A program made the translations under genes and the position numbers. A DNA stretch of 64,000 nucleotides from Piromyces finnis finn (Eukaryota > Fungi > Neocallimastigomycota), in NCBI GenBank assembly GCA_002104945.1, contig MCFH01000019.1, positions 310,001 through 374,000 on the forward strand, written 5' to 3'. Positions 1 through 16,024 of this stretch are shown here, one piece after another (within the stretch, counting starts at the first letter, position 1; each line of letters begins with the position of its first letter). The notes below the pieces were generated by a model. It had not been told where the DNA came from. It saw nothing but the letters and a program-made list of their open reading frames with translations, and ran no database searches.

Positions 1-363
1 AAATGATACATACTAACTTTGTAGTCACCAGTAGCCTTGTCATCAATAATCATACCAACATAGTAGTTATCACAGTATTTGTATGGCTTGCTTTTGAAAT
101 ATTTTTCATGCTATTTTTTTTTTTTTAATTATTATTATAATTATTTATTGTTAATTATTATTCCTAATTTTAAACATAATTTTTTATTTTTTACTTACTA
201 AAGCAACAAATAATCTGTTATCTGGAAGACTAATTTCACACTTTGGATTCTTTTCAGTGTGACATTCATCTGGACAACCATAGAAAGTTGAGGAATATGG
301 ATAATATGTACCAACAACTGAACCAACAAATATGGTGAATAAAGCAAAAATAAAAGATTTCAT
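1..363 (-). CDS. Secreted RlpA/expansin-like (double-psi beta-barrel) protein, 3' end outside the window
   Basis: ATG at 363. Exon 1 reads MKSFIFALFTIFVGSVVGTYYPYSSTFYGCPDECHTEKNPKCEISLPDNRLFVAL, then a GTAAGT intron, then HEKYFKSKPYKYCDNYYVGMIIDDK. Signal peptide plus VAL..F..C pattern resembles RlpA/barwin-like proteins (inference). Confidence 0.55.
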
Positions 364-3300
364 CTTTTTTTATTATATATATTATATTAATTTATATTTT
401 TTTATATATTATTTTTATTTGTTTATTTTTTTTTAAGTAAATCTCCCTTTTTTTATTATTTTTATTATTATTAATTAATTTCTTTTTAGATTCCAAAAAA
501 AAAAAAAAAGGTTCAAAATATTTTTTTAATATTATTTAAAAAAAATTAAAATATAGAAAGGAAATAGGCCTTTATTTATATAATTATGATAAATAAATAT
601 AATTAATAATAATAATAATTTTTTTTTTTTTTAAATATATTTATAATCAATAGAAATGAATATATAAAGTCGTATTATTAAAAGATATTAACAAATATTC
701 ATAAATATTCATGTATATTATATATTAATATATATTAAAATTTAATAGGTAATATTGATTTTTAATTTATATTTTATATTAGAATATATAGTTATAATAA
801 ATTTAATTAAAAATTAATATTTCCAATATATTGTTTGTTCTATATTTTTTTTATACATTTTTAAATAGCATTTCTATTCGTTAACAAATAATTCATTCAT
901 TATAAACTATATTTATAATAAATCATCTAATTTAAAACTATATATTAAAAGTTAAAATATTAATAAAGGGTTTTTTTATTTTATATTAATATTGTATTAC
1001 AAAATAATATAAAAATATATTTAACAAATTAATATGTTATATATTTGTGTAATATATTGATTTATTGATTTATATTAATAATATATTTTTTATGTAATAA
1101 TTATTAAAATAAAATAAATTTATTATTATTTAAAGTTTCAATAAAAATTCTTTAAAAAAAATAATATATATAATTAATATATTTCTATATATATTTCGAT
1201 TAATATATATTATAGTATATATAATTAATATATTCTAATATACAATTTAATTTAAAACTAAAAAATTTTAATTTTTAAAAAGAAAAATTTAAATCTTTTT
1301 GTGTCACCTAGAATAGTAGCACCACCATCATAAATAATAGGAATGAAACAAAAAAAAACAGAAAATTATAATATAAAAATGTGGGTAGTTTTCTTTTTCG
1401 TTTCCCTATACTTTAGGCTTATATGAAAATAAAAGCATCGCAGAACCATCATATTGTAGGATAAAAAAATAATATTTATGGATAAATGAATTCCATTTTA
1501 AATTATAGGTAAATTATGGGAATAGAATCATAATTTATATAACATGCATAGTATTAAATATATTCTTTTCTTTTATATTTAACTTAATATTATTCATTAT
1601 AAATAGTTTTTTTTCTTTTTTAATCTGACATTACTACTTTATAAAATGCATTCTTTTCTTTACTAATTCAATGTTTGCCGTCGTTAAAATCAGTTCTTTT
1701 TTATCAAAATTGTAAAGGATAAGTGAGGATGCTTTATTTTAGGGTTAGATTTAAAGTATATTAAAAGGGGTGGTTTTTTTATTTTTTTTTTTTTTTTGAT
1801 TTAGAAAAAGCCTTTTATGTTATTAATAATACTCTCACATATATTAGAAATAAATGTTAATTTTTAAAATTTCTTAGTATAAAATTTGGTAAACATTATT
1901 AATTATATTTTATATATTTTAAAAAAAACAAATAATTTAATGAAATATATTGCATGATGATTCTTTATAATATATTATTAATTAAAGTTTAAACTTTATA
2001 TTAAATATATATTAATTTTTCTTATTTGTGACACTTTATAAATTGAGCTTAATTTGGTTTTTAATCTTTTACTTACTACAATAAGAAATTTTAATTTTTT
2101 TTTAATTAATTGTAATAAATAGAATAATAAATTTAATTCATTATTTAAATATAAATAAATGGATATAATAAATAAATTTTACTAAGAAAATAAATAGATA
2201 ATTACATAATTTCTAACAGTTTATATTATATTTAAGTGTATAATTAAATAAATTTAATTTATACTTTTTAAATATAAATGGATAATTAGATAAATAACTA
2301 TAAATTTAATATAGAATTTATTTTCCAATAAACATACCAAGAAAAAAAAAAAGAAATTAAACTTTTTTATTTAAAAAACAGTAGATTTTTAATAATTCTA
2401 CCTTTTTTTTTTTAAATAACCACAATAAAATTCTATAGCATTTTAAAACTAACCACCAGTACCACCATCCCATAACAAAATTATACTACAACACCCAGAA
2501 ACATATTTAATCCTACTAATATTTAAAAATTATTCAAAATAATAATACTATTTTAATTAAATAGGATGTAAATATTTTTAAAATAATTCTAATGGCTATT
2601 TTTTGGTTTAGATTGATTCTTTTAGAATATTTTTTTTTTTTGCTGAGTATTATAATCTATATTCTATAATATTATACTTTATTTTATTACATCTTTTTAT
2701 TTTTTTTTATATATATACTTTTTGTCATTATATATAACTTTTTCTTTACACCATTAAAATTAAAATACATATACCTGTATTATCATCCTTGATCATCATC
2801 GTAGGATGTATGATAGACACAAAAGAACAAAGAAGTTATCATCATTAAATATATACATTTATAGTAAATTGTAAATTGATTAGTACTTGAATCGTTTTAC
2901 ATTTGTAAAATTTTAATGTTTTACAAATTTATGACGTCTTTTTGTCCAAAGAATTCAAAATATACAAAGCATGACCTATTATTAATTATGGTTTAAAACA
3001 TATATTAATTAAAAAAAAATGATTAATAATTGTCCTATACAAAATAATATTAAACTTTATCAATAATAATTAACTGATATTTTATAGCCAAAAGTTAAAA
3101 TGCTTTAATTACATTTATGTATAAATTAAGTATTTATAATTTCATACAATGTATTAAATTGTAACATTAATTGTAATATAATAATGTAGAATTAGAATGA
3201 AATTAGAATGGAATTAGAATAGAATTAGAATAGAATTAGTGTTGTCACAATATACATGGTTTCTTTTTTTAACACTCATCAAATATATATATGTATTTAT

Positions 3301-3501
3301 ATATTATATATTTTATTTTTTTTTTTAATTTTATAGTATCTATTTTATTTATTTTTCATATAAAATTAGATTTTCTTATTTAAAGAAAAAAAAAATTAAA
3401 ATCTATTTTACAATAAAAATTATTTATTATGCTATTAAGGATAAAAAATTTAATTACAATTATTTTTATTTTAAATAAATAGATAGGTGGGTGGGGTGTG
3501 C

Positions 3502-5295
<1,794 letters not shown>

Positions 5296-5351
5296 CTTTT
5301 TTTTTTTTTTTTTTGGAGTATTAATGTTTTTCTTAAATAAGCATGACGTTG

Positions 5352-5382
<31 letters not shown>

Positions 5383-6766
5383 TTTATTTATTTATTTATT
5401 TACTTATTTTTAGAACAAAGAATATTATATATATTATAGAATTATAATTCTAGTTGGTTATAATATCATTTAATAATAGTGATGATTAAATCATTAATAA
5501 ATTTCTAATCATATAATCACTATAATTTTTAACGATTCATTGATAATATATTAAATACTTTTATAGCATTAAATATACAATATATTTTTATTATTATTAA
5601 GCTTTATTATCAATCAATTGTTGTAATGGATATAAAATATTCTTCTTCCCTTTTTTTTTTTTTATGTTCTAACAACTTTTATTAATAAAAATAAATTTAT
5701 ATTTTATTTTCATCCTAATTGGATGGATTTTATTGGTTAATACAAAATTTAGTATTTCCTCTCTAATTATAATAAAAAGATATGTGTAAAAAGTTTTTCA
5801 AGTTACATAAATAGGATTACAAGTACTTTTATAAAAAGTGAAAAGAATTAAAAAAAAAAATAAAAAGTCTAGAACTAATAAAACTTTTATTATTTGATGG
5901 AATATAAAAAAATTATATTTCGCATTCCCAACTCTCTTGATGAATTAGCCCAGAGCTTATAGATACAAATTGAATGAAAAAATGGAATAACAATTTCGAT
6001 TGTTGACTTTTATAAAAATTTATTCAAACATACCTATCTATTCATGATCTACTAAAAAAAGTTAAAAAGGAAAAGATGTCATCGTAAAATTATACTAATT
6101 TTCAAAACTCTAAATAAAGTATTACAACTTATTAATGTTATATTTATCGTTATTCATTATTACTATTTGAACATTGATAGTTTCTTTAAAATAAATAAAA
6201 AAAAAAAGTCTTTTTTCAATTTTACTTTTATTTTTTACTTTTTTTTTTTTTTTTAATTGTAATGTTGATTAGTTTGAAAATAATAGTTAAAATATTTAAT
6301 AATTACTTGTGATTACGGTAGGTAATATCGTTTCTAAAAACTTTAAAAATAATAATAAAATATATTAAAAATATAAATAAAATAAAAAATATTTTAAATC
6401 TTTACTTTTGGCCTTTGAACAATATATATATATATATATATTTTATGTTAAAAAACATAACTTGAATAGTGGAAATCATAGAATAAATATATTCTTTTTT
6501 TTTTTTTTTTTTTTTCTTGTTTTTAAAATAGTTGTTTTTAAAATTATTAAAAAAAAAATGAAATATAGATTTTTTATTGAGTAAGAAATATATGAAATAT
6601 ATTTATAAAATATAAAATAAAAAATCTATATCAATAATTTGAAATTTATTGGGTATGATAAAAATATAGATTATAATGATATAAAGATCAAATCCGTTTG
6701 GCCAAAAAAAAAATTTGAAAAAGCAATGGCTATTGTATCGTGAATATGGAAAAAAAAAAAAGGCTT

Positions 6767-9700
6767 TCAAAACTTATTTATAGCAAGACATTGTGCTGAA
6801 AGAAGTCTTAAATAACCCATTAAATTATATTGAGAAGAACGATCATGTTGTGAAAGCCAGGTTTCAAAGGATTGTCGAATGGTACGAATTTCTTGAATAC
6901 TTGGGAAACGTTCTTCATAATAAATATTATTATGAGTGGTGGTGGTGGTAGCAGTATTGGAAATAGGTGAAAAAGACGAAGGTTTGGTATATAAATTAAT
7001 ATTTTCGAGACTAAGAGAAGAATTGATAGTTTTAGCATTTAATAATACATCAAAAAGTCTTTGCCATAATTCTCTTTGCCAGTATCTTTTAAAGGTCTTC
7101 TTAATACGAAGATGTGGTCTTTTACGAATAGAAAGTGATGATAAATCAGAGGAAGAATACGTTGTTTTCTTTATTGGTTTCTTTTCTTGACCAGAAAAGT
7201 CATATATAGTATAGTTGGCATCTTCATCCCTTCCAAATTCCCGTCTTTCGTTTTCGGAAAGCTTATCTGTATTATGGTAGGCATCGTCGCCGCTCGTGTC
7301 TTCCTCTTCTTCAACTTCCATATATTCATTGAAAAGAAGGGCATGAATAACACCTGCAACACCATACCAATCAATTTCATAAAGGTAGGGTTGATGATGA
7401 CGAATTTCCCAACAATGATTGCCTTGATTTAGATTGGGGTCGGGATTAACTGTTTTTATACGAGAAGATTCGGTTGAAGTTCTCTTTTCATAGTTACGGG
7501 AAGAAATGCTATTAACACTTGTCGCTGGTGTAGCTGCATTCATTTCAATTTCTGATATGGATTGTCTAAACCAAAGACTACCTTCAGTCATGCTAAAGTC
7601 TGTTAAATCAATACTTTGGCCAAAGTCAATCAGTGATAATCCATAGTTATTCCAACCTTCTTGTCCACCGGCACAATATCTTGGGGAACAAAGTTCTTTG
7701 TCATCGTTAAAGAACTTTCTATAACTTTCTACTAACGGCATTCTTAACATGAAATTATCAATCTTAATGTCCGAATGAATAATGTTGCTTTGATGAAGCG
7801 TTTCCACCATCTTTAAAATTTCAATGGTATAGAAAACAACTAAAACTTCATGAATCTTTTTCGTTTCATCAAATCCATCATACTCTGATGAAGACGAAAG
7901 AATACATTGATATATTTTTTCCTTGGTTTCACTGAACGAATTATTTTCTATCACCATTTTTGATTTAGATCGACGATGACTATTAGCTTTGGAACGACTT
8001 AATGCGGATGATAAACTTTTAATACTGTGCTTCAGCAATGTATCATAGGTATTTGCCATAGCTGCTGGACTACTAATGTCACTATGAATACGGAATTGAT
8101 AATTTAAAGCTTCCAAAAGACTACCAAATTCACAATATTCCATAAGAATATGACAAGCATTCTTATATTTGTAAAGTTGTTTGACCTTTACAAATGATGA
8201 ATCCATACCTTCATAACTTTGCATTCTTTGATGTAACTTTTGAATATTATAATATTCCATTGAATTAATGGCATTGTGTTGAATCTTTAAGGCTAGTTTT
8301 ATTCTCTTAGTGTAGGATGGAAGACTAAGTCGCTTTTTATCGATTGCATTATTATTAAAACCATACTCAGAATCATTGTAGGAGGAACTTAATTCATCAT
8401 CTAAAGAATTTAAACCAACTAAGTAAATCTTTGAAAATTCTCCTCGACCAATCTCTTTTATAACCTTGCACGAATTATTTTCGTAAAAAACGTATGAAAT
8501 ACCTTTTTTTATTTCATCTTCTAAAAGAGTAGGTGATGGGTTTCTAACTGTATTTCCAGAAGCTTTGGTATAATCTTCAATGATACATTTTAAATTTAGA
8601 AATTCTGGTCTTTTGGTATAATCTATTATTTTATTGTTAACAATATGGTTATTAATGTTTTTAATAAGATTCTTAAAATAATCATCCGTAATGTTATTGA
8701 ATTTTTTATCGATATATGGATTGGCGGTTCGAATATCTACAATAGCAATTTCATTTCTATGTGAAATAATTTTATTGTTTTCAGTAGGGAAGGGTGATGA
8801 AAAGGAAGAAACTGAAGTGACTCTTGATCGCCTTTTATTTTTTAGATTGTTTGAATAGATATCATGATTACTTTCTTGATTATAGTAAACTCGGGTAGAC
8901 GATGAAGTATTCATGTATGGCTTTTGTGTGGATTTTTTAACAGATGAAAAATGATTAATTATGCCATTGTCATCCTCCTTATTCTCATTGGTATCATCAT
9001 CATTATTACCAGTGTAAATTTGTTTACTCGATAATTTTAGATTTTCCATGGACTGATTTAAATCTACATGAAGATCAGAAGATGATGGCATATAATGTTT
9101 TTTAATTGATCTTCTGGAAGAGGTATCTAATTTATATTTATTACTTTTGGTTGTGCTTTCATTTTTAACATGAGAAATATATGTAGGAGCAACATTATCG
9201 TGATTCCAGGATGGTTCTCTAGTTTCATCTTCATCTAAATACTCATGGGTATTATAATCAACCTCTAGAAATTCTCTTTTATTAATTTCATCCATAATAT
9301 CAGATTTTTTATTTATTCTTTCTCTATTACGTTGACTTAAAGCCATTTGACTATGACGCCGTATTCTATCTTTCTTTATTTTTATTGGACTTTGAATTTC
9401 ATCAACCTTTAACGTATTCTTAGGTGTGGCACTGATATTATTTCCATTCCTATAGTAATAATAATTATCCATCTGTTGATTCACACTAGCCTCATCATTT
9501 TCTCTGGAATCAAAAATTGAATTAACAGTATTTTTTAAAATATCATTAACCTCTGACTTTGATACTCTTTTATCATGATCATCAACCCTTTTTATTGTTT
9601 CTTTCATATGGCTTACATTTTTATCTAAATCACTAATTGAACTCTTTAATTTATTTATTATATCCTTATCGGTAATTTCATCATCATTATCATAATCCGA

Positions 9701-11972
9701 ATCCTCTTTATCATTCCCTTTATTGACTTGATTTCTATTTTTTTTAATATTTAATGATGGAGAGACTAATTTATCATCATCAAACTTATATACGGATGGA
9801 AATAAACTATCTTGGGAATCTAATGATTCATTATTATCCCGAATAGTATGATATATTGGTATTGTTTCATTTTCATTTATTAATTCCTGTTGTAGTGAAT
9901 ATGATTTTAATGTATCATTATTATTATTAATATAGATTGGAGTTGGTGTATCTTCAATATGTTTTAAATTTTGTTCTTTATTTGGAGTTACTTGATTAAA
10001 AAGCAAAATAAAAAAAAAAAAAAGTTATATATATAGAATAATTTTAAAGAATGAATAATTATAAAATATAAAATTATATTTAAAATGAATAAATAATAAA
10101 ATTAATAAATATATAAATAAAAAATTAAAATTAAAAAGTTTAACATTATTTATGCATAGATGAATAAATCTTGTATTATGATTAATAATAATAAATACTT
10201 ACTTAAGTTTTCTTTATCATATTTTTCACTATCCATTGTTTCATAATATTTTGGATCAATGTTAAAGGTTAGATTATTATTATAAGAAGATTTATTATTA
10301 TTGTATTTATTATTCCTTTTTGAATGGAGAGGAGCATTTTGGAATATTGAACTTTTATTTGGATCATTCTCTTTGGAATTGTTACTTATACTTGCAGATA
10401 TATTAGTAAATATTTCTTCAAACATTTTATCATTATTATTATTATCATCATGATCAATATCCATATCTTCATCTGATATACGTTCCGATGAAGATGCGGA
10501 TTCCTTTCCCATTTTCAATGGATATCCTTTCATTATAGCTCTTAATTCCTCGAACGATATTTGATTGTTTTTGTATTCAAATACTTTACAATTTAACTGA
10601 TTCCATTGATTATTTAATAAATACTTGTATTGACTGCAGGTTATATCAGATGATAACTTTTCTGAATTTATTTTCATAATATTTTTATCCTTAAATATAT
10701 TACGTTTTCTATTATTATTTTCTTTCTTCGGTATTAATTCATTTGTGTTCTCTAATTCAACACTATTAACTATTACGGACTCATTTTTAATAATTGGTAA
10801 ATAATTGTCATAATTTTGTTCTAATGCTTCCTGTTTTAATTCACTTTCAATATCATGTTCAATAATGTTTAAATCAGATAATTGTAATTTATTATCATTC
10901 GGTATTTCATCTTGGCTGTATTCATAGTTATTTTTTAAATAATCTATTGAACGATATGGAAACTCAAAATTTTTAATTGCATCACATGAATTTAATGATT
11001 CATTATTCGCCTTTATTATGATATATTGTATTAATATAAAAAAAATATATAAATATAAATAATAAAAATTTATAAATATTATTATAAAATTATTTTAATT
11101 TTAATTATATTAGCTGTATAATATGGTTACATTATTCATTTTTACACGGTAAAATTCACTTTCTTGATTCTTATTTAAAAAATCTATTCTTCTTTTAAAT
11201 GCCTCATAATTTCTTTTTAGTCTTGGGAATGGTCTAGCTTTCCTTTTTATTCCTAAATGATATATTTTTCTTGCTTCATCATAACTTTAATATTAAAAAA
11301 ATAATAAAAAAGAAAAACAAGTTATATTAGAAAAAAAATAACTAAAAAGATTACTTATCTATACTTAAATATATAAATAAATGTTTTGTTTTGATAATTA
11401 TTATCATTATTATGTTTGATTTGAATTTAAGTTTTATTTTTTTACCTTTTTTCTATTTCTCTTAATTTTGAATATTCTTCATAATATGCAGCTAATTTTA
11501 AACATAAATTGTTCTTTTCTAAAAATTCAAATATGGATACAGGATCGTCAACAAATCCGGAATATATAACCCAGAATTTCAAATATCTAATATCATTAAT
11601 GTATCGTGGATCTCCATTTAATAATTTTAGTGCTTGAAAGATTATTGGTATAACATCATCCTCAATACTGAAATTTTCTATAGATTGATAATTTAGTTGT
11701 AACCATTGAACATACGAATTAAATACATCTAGTGGGTCATCCAATTCATCTATCAAACTAAGACTTTTCTTAAATATTATTTTAAGTTGTTTAATGTTTT
11801 TTATTTGATGACTATATATCATTCCATAGGATAGTACTTCTACCTCTGTATTACTATATTGAAAAAAGGAATTATTTAGACTTGATCTATTATTATCATC
11901 TCCATAATTATCTTTATTTTGCATTTCCATATAGAGTTGATTATTTATCATACTATTTTTATGTATATCCAT
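6767..11972 (-). CDS. BUB1: Spindle checkpoint kinase BUB1 (Mad3/Bub1 TPR, GLEBS and kinase domains), multi-exon; 5' start uncertain
   Basis: Exon 11442-11972 has DDPLDVF..YVQW and YINDIRYLKFW (Mad3/Bub1 TPR). ISFEELRA (GLEBS) is in 10150-10677. Kinase motifs ALKIQ, HSDIKIDN, LIDFGQSIDL and FKRYWQRELW are in 6767-10006. Confidence 0.9.
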
Positions 11973-13501
11973 GTTGTTTTTATTGATATACTATAAGATT
12001 CTATTGTTGTTAATAATTAAATCCTTTGGATTAAATATTATTCTTAGATAATGTGTATAAAAAAAAAAAGCAATTATAATATTATGAATGATTACCAAAG
12101 TTGAATTCAATTAAAATAAAGATAATTATAATTGATAATAAAATGAGTTGCTTTATATAAAATATTCTTAATTTTAATTGTTTAATATTTATTTAAATAT
12201 ATGATAGATTGTGTTTTTATTTTTATCCTTTCCTAAGAATTCTGTTGTGTAAACATTCCTTTGTAGTAATAAAATTTAATTATATTAAATTTTAAATCTT
12301 TTTTATTAAATAAAAATATTTAGTTAAGATATATTTATTTCTGCTTTGATTTATATTGACTTTTGGTGTGTGTTTTCAACTATTTAATAAAAAAGTGGGT
12401 ATAATCATTTACAATGAATATTTATTTTTTTTAATGATATTCATTTTTTTTATATAAAGATATAAAAAAAAATTTTAATTTTTTCCTTTTTTTTTTCCTT
12501 TTTTTTTTATTATTTTAAATTTTTTTTTCAAGATTTTTTAAACGAATTAATTAAATTAAAATGAATATAATCTAATATATGGATATTATATTTTATTGGA
12601 TAGAGAATATAATAAACTTTCAGTTTCAATAAAATAAAATATATTGACAATATAAAATAATATATTAGTAATATGTTTTTTATATGGTATAATATAAATG
12701 TTAAAAATTAATTGTACGACAATGAATTTAAATTTTATATTTTAAATATAAATAAATAAATAATAATTAAATAAATAGATAAATGTATAATTAAATAGAT
12801 AAATCAGTAATTAATTAAATAAATAATCAATTAATTAATGAAATAAATAAATATATAATGAATTTATCTCTACCTTCATATCCTCTTTTAAAAAAGGCAG
12901 AATTAAAAAGATTTATAATCAAAATAGGTAAACCTTTTTTCTTCATTATTATTTTTTTCCTTCATTATTATTTAAATTATTATAACTACTATAATAAATA
13001 AAAAAAAATTATATCCATTTTTCAAACACTACTATCATTTTAATAAAAAAACATTTTATGTATTTTATTTTTTAGAGTTATATGACTTATTTCATTACAA
13101 TGTGTTTATATTTTTTCTACTTGATATAGATGAATCTTTTATTAAAAGAAAAATATTTCTATTGCATTAGAGAATTTAACTTTTATGCGCAAAAAAATAA
13201 ATAAATCCCTTTTTATTATTATTGTATTTTCTTAGTATTTCATTATTGTGGTTGGTATTTATGGTAATAGTATTGTTATTTTGAATAATGTTATTGTTGG
13301 TATTTTTATTATTGATATTATCATAATTATTCTATTATTATTACAATCATTGTTATTATATTATCATTACTATTATAATTATTATAGTTTATTATAAATT
13401 AAATATATGGTATTTTTTTTTATTCAGATTACATAACAGTTATGATCTGTGTAATAAAATAGTATGCGGAATAATCAATAAATATAAAAAAAAAAAAATA
13501 T

Positions 13502-15046
13502 TTAAGGTGTGATAATATTATCAACAATTTCTGAAAAGGTGGAAGCTAAAGATAAATCTTTGTATGATTCAACAAAAGTATCAGTTTTTTCCATACATTC
13601 AATAAATTTTGGGTCTATTGGAACCTTTCCTGTTAAAAATTTAATAATTGTATTCATATAATAAAATAGTGATAATAATATGTATTTAATGCACAATGCA
13701 AAAAAGTTTGAATAATTATAATTTGAAATTAGGAATATAATAAATAAAATAAATTTTATATATAAAGTAGTTATTTAAAAAATATACATTGATTATATAT
13801 TTTTCATGAAAATATATATATATATATATACCTAAGAATTTAACATTATATTCTTTAGCTAATTTTTCACCACCACCAGAGGAGAAAATTGGAGTACAGT
13901 CCTATAATAAAGTTAAAAATAGAATAATTAATAGTTAATGATTTATAATAATCATTGTTTAAATATATATTGAAAATAAAAATTAAATATAAAAATATAT
14001 TGTAAAAGGAATAAATAAATAATATAACCTTTACAATAAATTTTAAATATTGTGATACTATGTATTTAAAAGTTAAAATAAAAATAAAAAAAAAATACTA
14101 ACAGAGCAATGTGGGCATACATAACCACTCATATTTTCAATAATACCAGAAATTGAAACACCAACTTTTTTACAGAAATTTAATTCCTTTTTAACATCTG
14201 AAATAGCAACATTTTGTGGAGTTGTAACTAATACGGCAATTGGGTTAAGATTGCTTAAATATTCAACAATTGAAATATGTTCATCAGAAGTACCTGGTGG
14301 AGTATCAATAACTAAATAATCTAATTCACCCCAACATACATCTTCTAAAAATTGTTTAATCATGGCTATCATATAATAATATTAATAATAATATAAATTT
14401 TAACAGTTTTGGTCAGATATTTTTGATTTCAATAAAACATAGTAAGGGTAGTAATTAGAAATCATTTAATTTTAAATTTTAAATTTTAAATTTTAAAAAT
14501 TTTTTTTTTCTATCTATTATCTATTATATATTTACCTGACTTCTTTGGACCTCTCCAAACAACAGCATCATCTTGATTTTCAAGTAAAAATCCAACAGAC
14601 ATTGCTGAAAAGTTCTTATCATTATCAACATAAACTGGAACCCAACTATAGTGAAATGGAAAAGAAAAGTATACACAGACATTATTTAAATATACAATTA
14701 TTTAAATTATTATTAAACATTTAACATTAATTTTATATTATTATATGTAATTTTTTTTTACTTTATAATAACATTATTATAAATTATTAAAAATAAATAT
14801 TTATATATGTATATATATTTACCCATTAGAAGATTGGTGGATTTGTTTATTTTGAATACCAAGCATTCTTGGAATACTTGGACCACATAAATCAATATCC
14901 AATATACCAACTTTGAAACCCTTTTGAACTAATGAAAGGGCAACTTGAACTGAAACAGAACTCTTTCCAACACCACCTTTACCAGATAAAACCATAACAA
15001 TGTTTTTTACATTTTCTAGAGACTTAAAATTTGTTGCTTCTGCCAT
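13502..15046 (-). CDS. CFD1: Cytosolic Fe-S cluster assembly P-loop NTPase CFD1/NUBP2, multi-exon
   Basis: [40 protein letters not shown] and [11 protein letters not shown]. No N-terminal ferredoxin-like Cys cluster, so CFD1 rather than NBP35. Confidence 0.9.
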
Positions 15047-16024
15047 TTTATTTTATTTTTTTTTATTATAAAATTTTAAAATAATTCGAAATTTGATTTA
15101 AAAGAAAATTTTTTTATTTTTTTTTTCTTTATTAGTAATTAATTATCATTCATAAATTATCTTTTTTAAAAAATAAAGGTTAGATTATGTAATATTAAAT
15201 AAATAGGAACAATTAACCAATAAAGAATAAAATGTTAAATATTAAATAAAATATGTAAATAAAACATACATTTATGTTTACTGCATGTTTTATCACGAGT
15301 TTAATTTTTTTAAGATTATGAAAATAAAAAGTTAATGCTATTATCACACACTACTAATTATTTAAAATGTGTGAATAGTTTTTTTTTTTTTTATAAAATA
15401 CTTAATAATAGATCTTAATTTACTATAATGAATAATGACATATTTTATTTTTTATACTATATCTTATCTTTCAAAGTTTATGTTTTTAATAATATATTAT
15501 TTATTTTTCATTTCATTATCCATTTAAGAAAAAAAAATAATTTTAATTTAACCCTTTCTACCTAATTTTGTCAAATAGATTGAGTAAACTTAAAAATGAA
15601 AATAGGACTATTGTAGTAATACAATTAACTACTATAAAAGTCATATAGTAAAAATAGATAAATATCTCATGCTAAATAGTTTATTATTACACATTAAAAA
15701 AAAAAAGTGTGAATAACTTTAATACTTTGAAAATATTATATAATGAAATTAAACATTTGATAGTATTTATTAATTTATCTTTCTATTACTTGTATAATAT
15801 AGTGTTAGAAAATCAATGTGATAAAAACTTTGTAATAATAATAATAAAAAAAAAGATAATTGTATAATAATTGAAGATATATATAAAAAGAAAATTTTCT
15901 TAAAATATTATTCAATAAAATCGTAAATAAATATTTTATAAAAAAAAAAAAAAAAACACTTTTATATAAAATATTCATATATATATAATAAATTTTTTTT
16001 TAACTGCTATTACTTTTAATAAAA

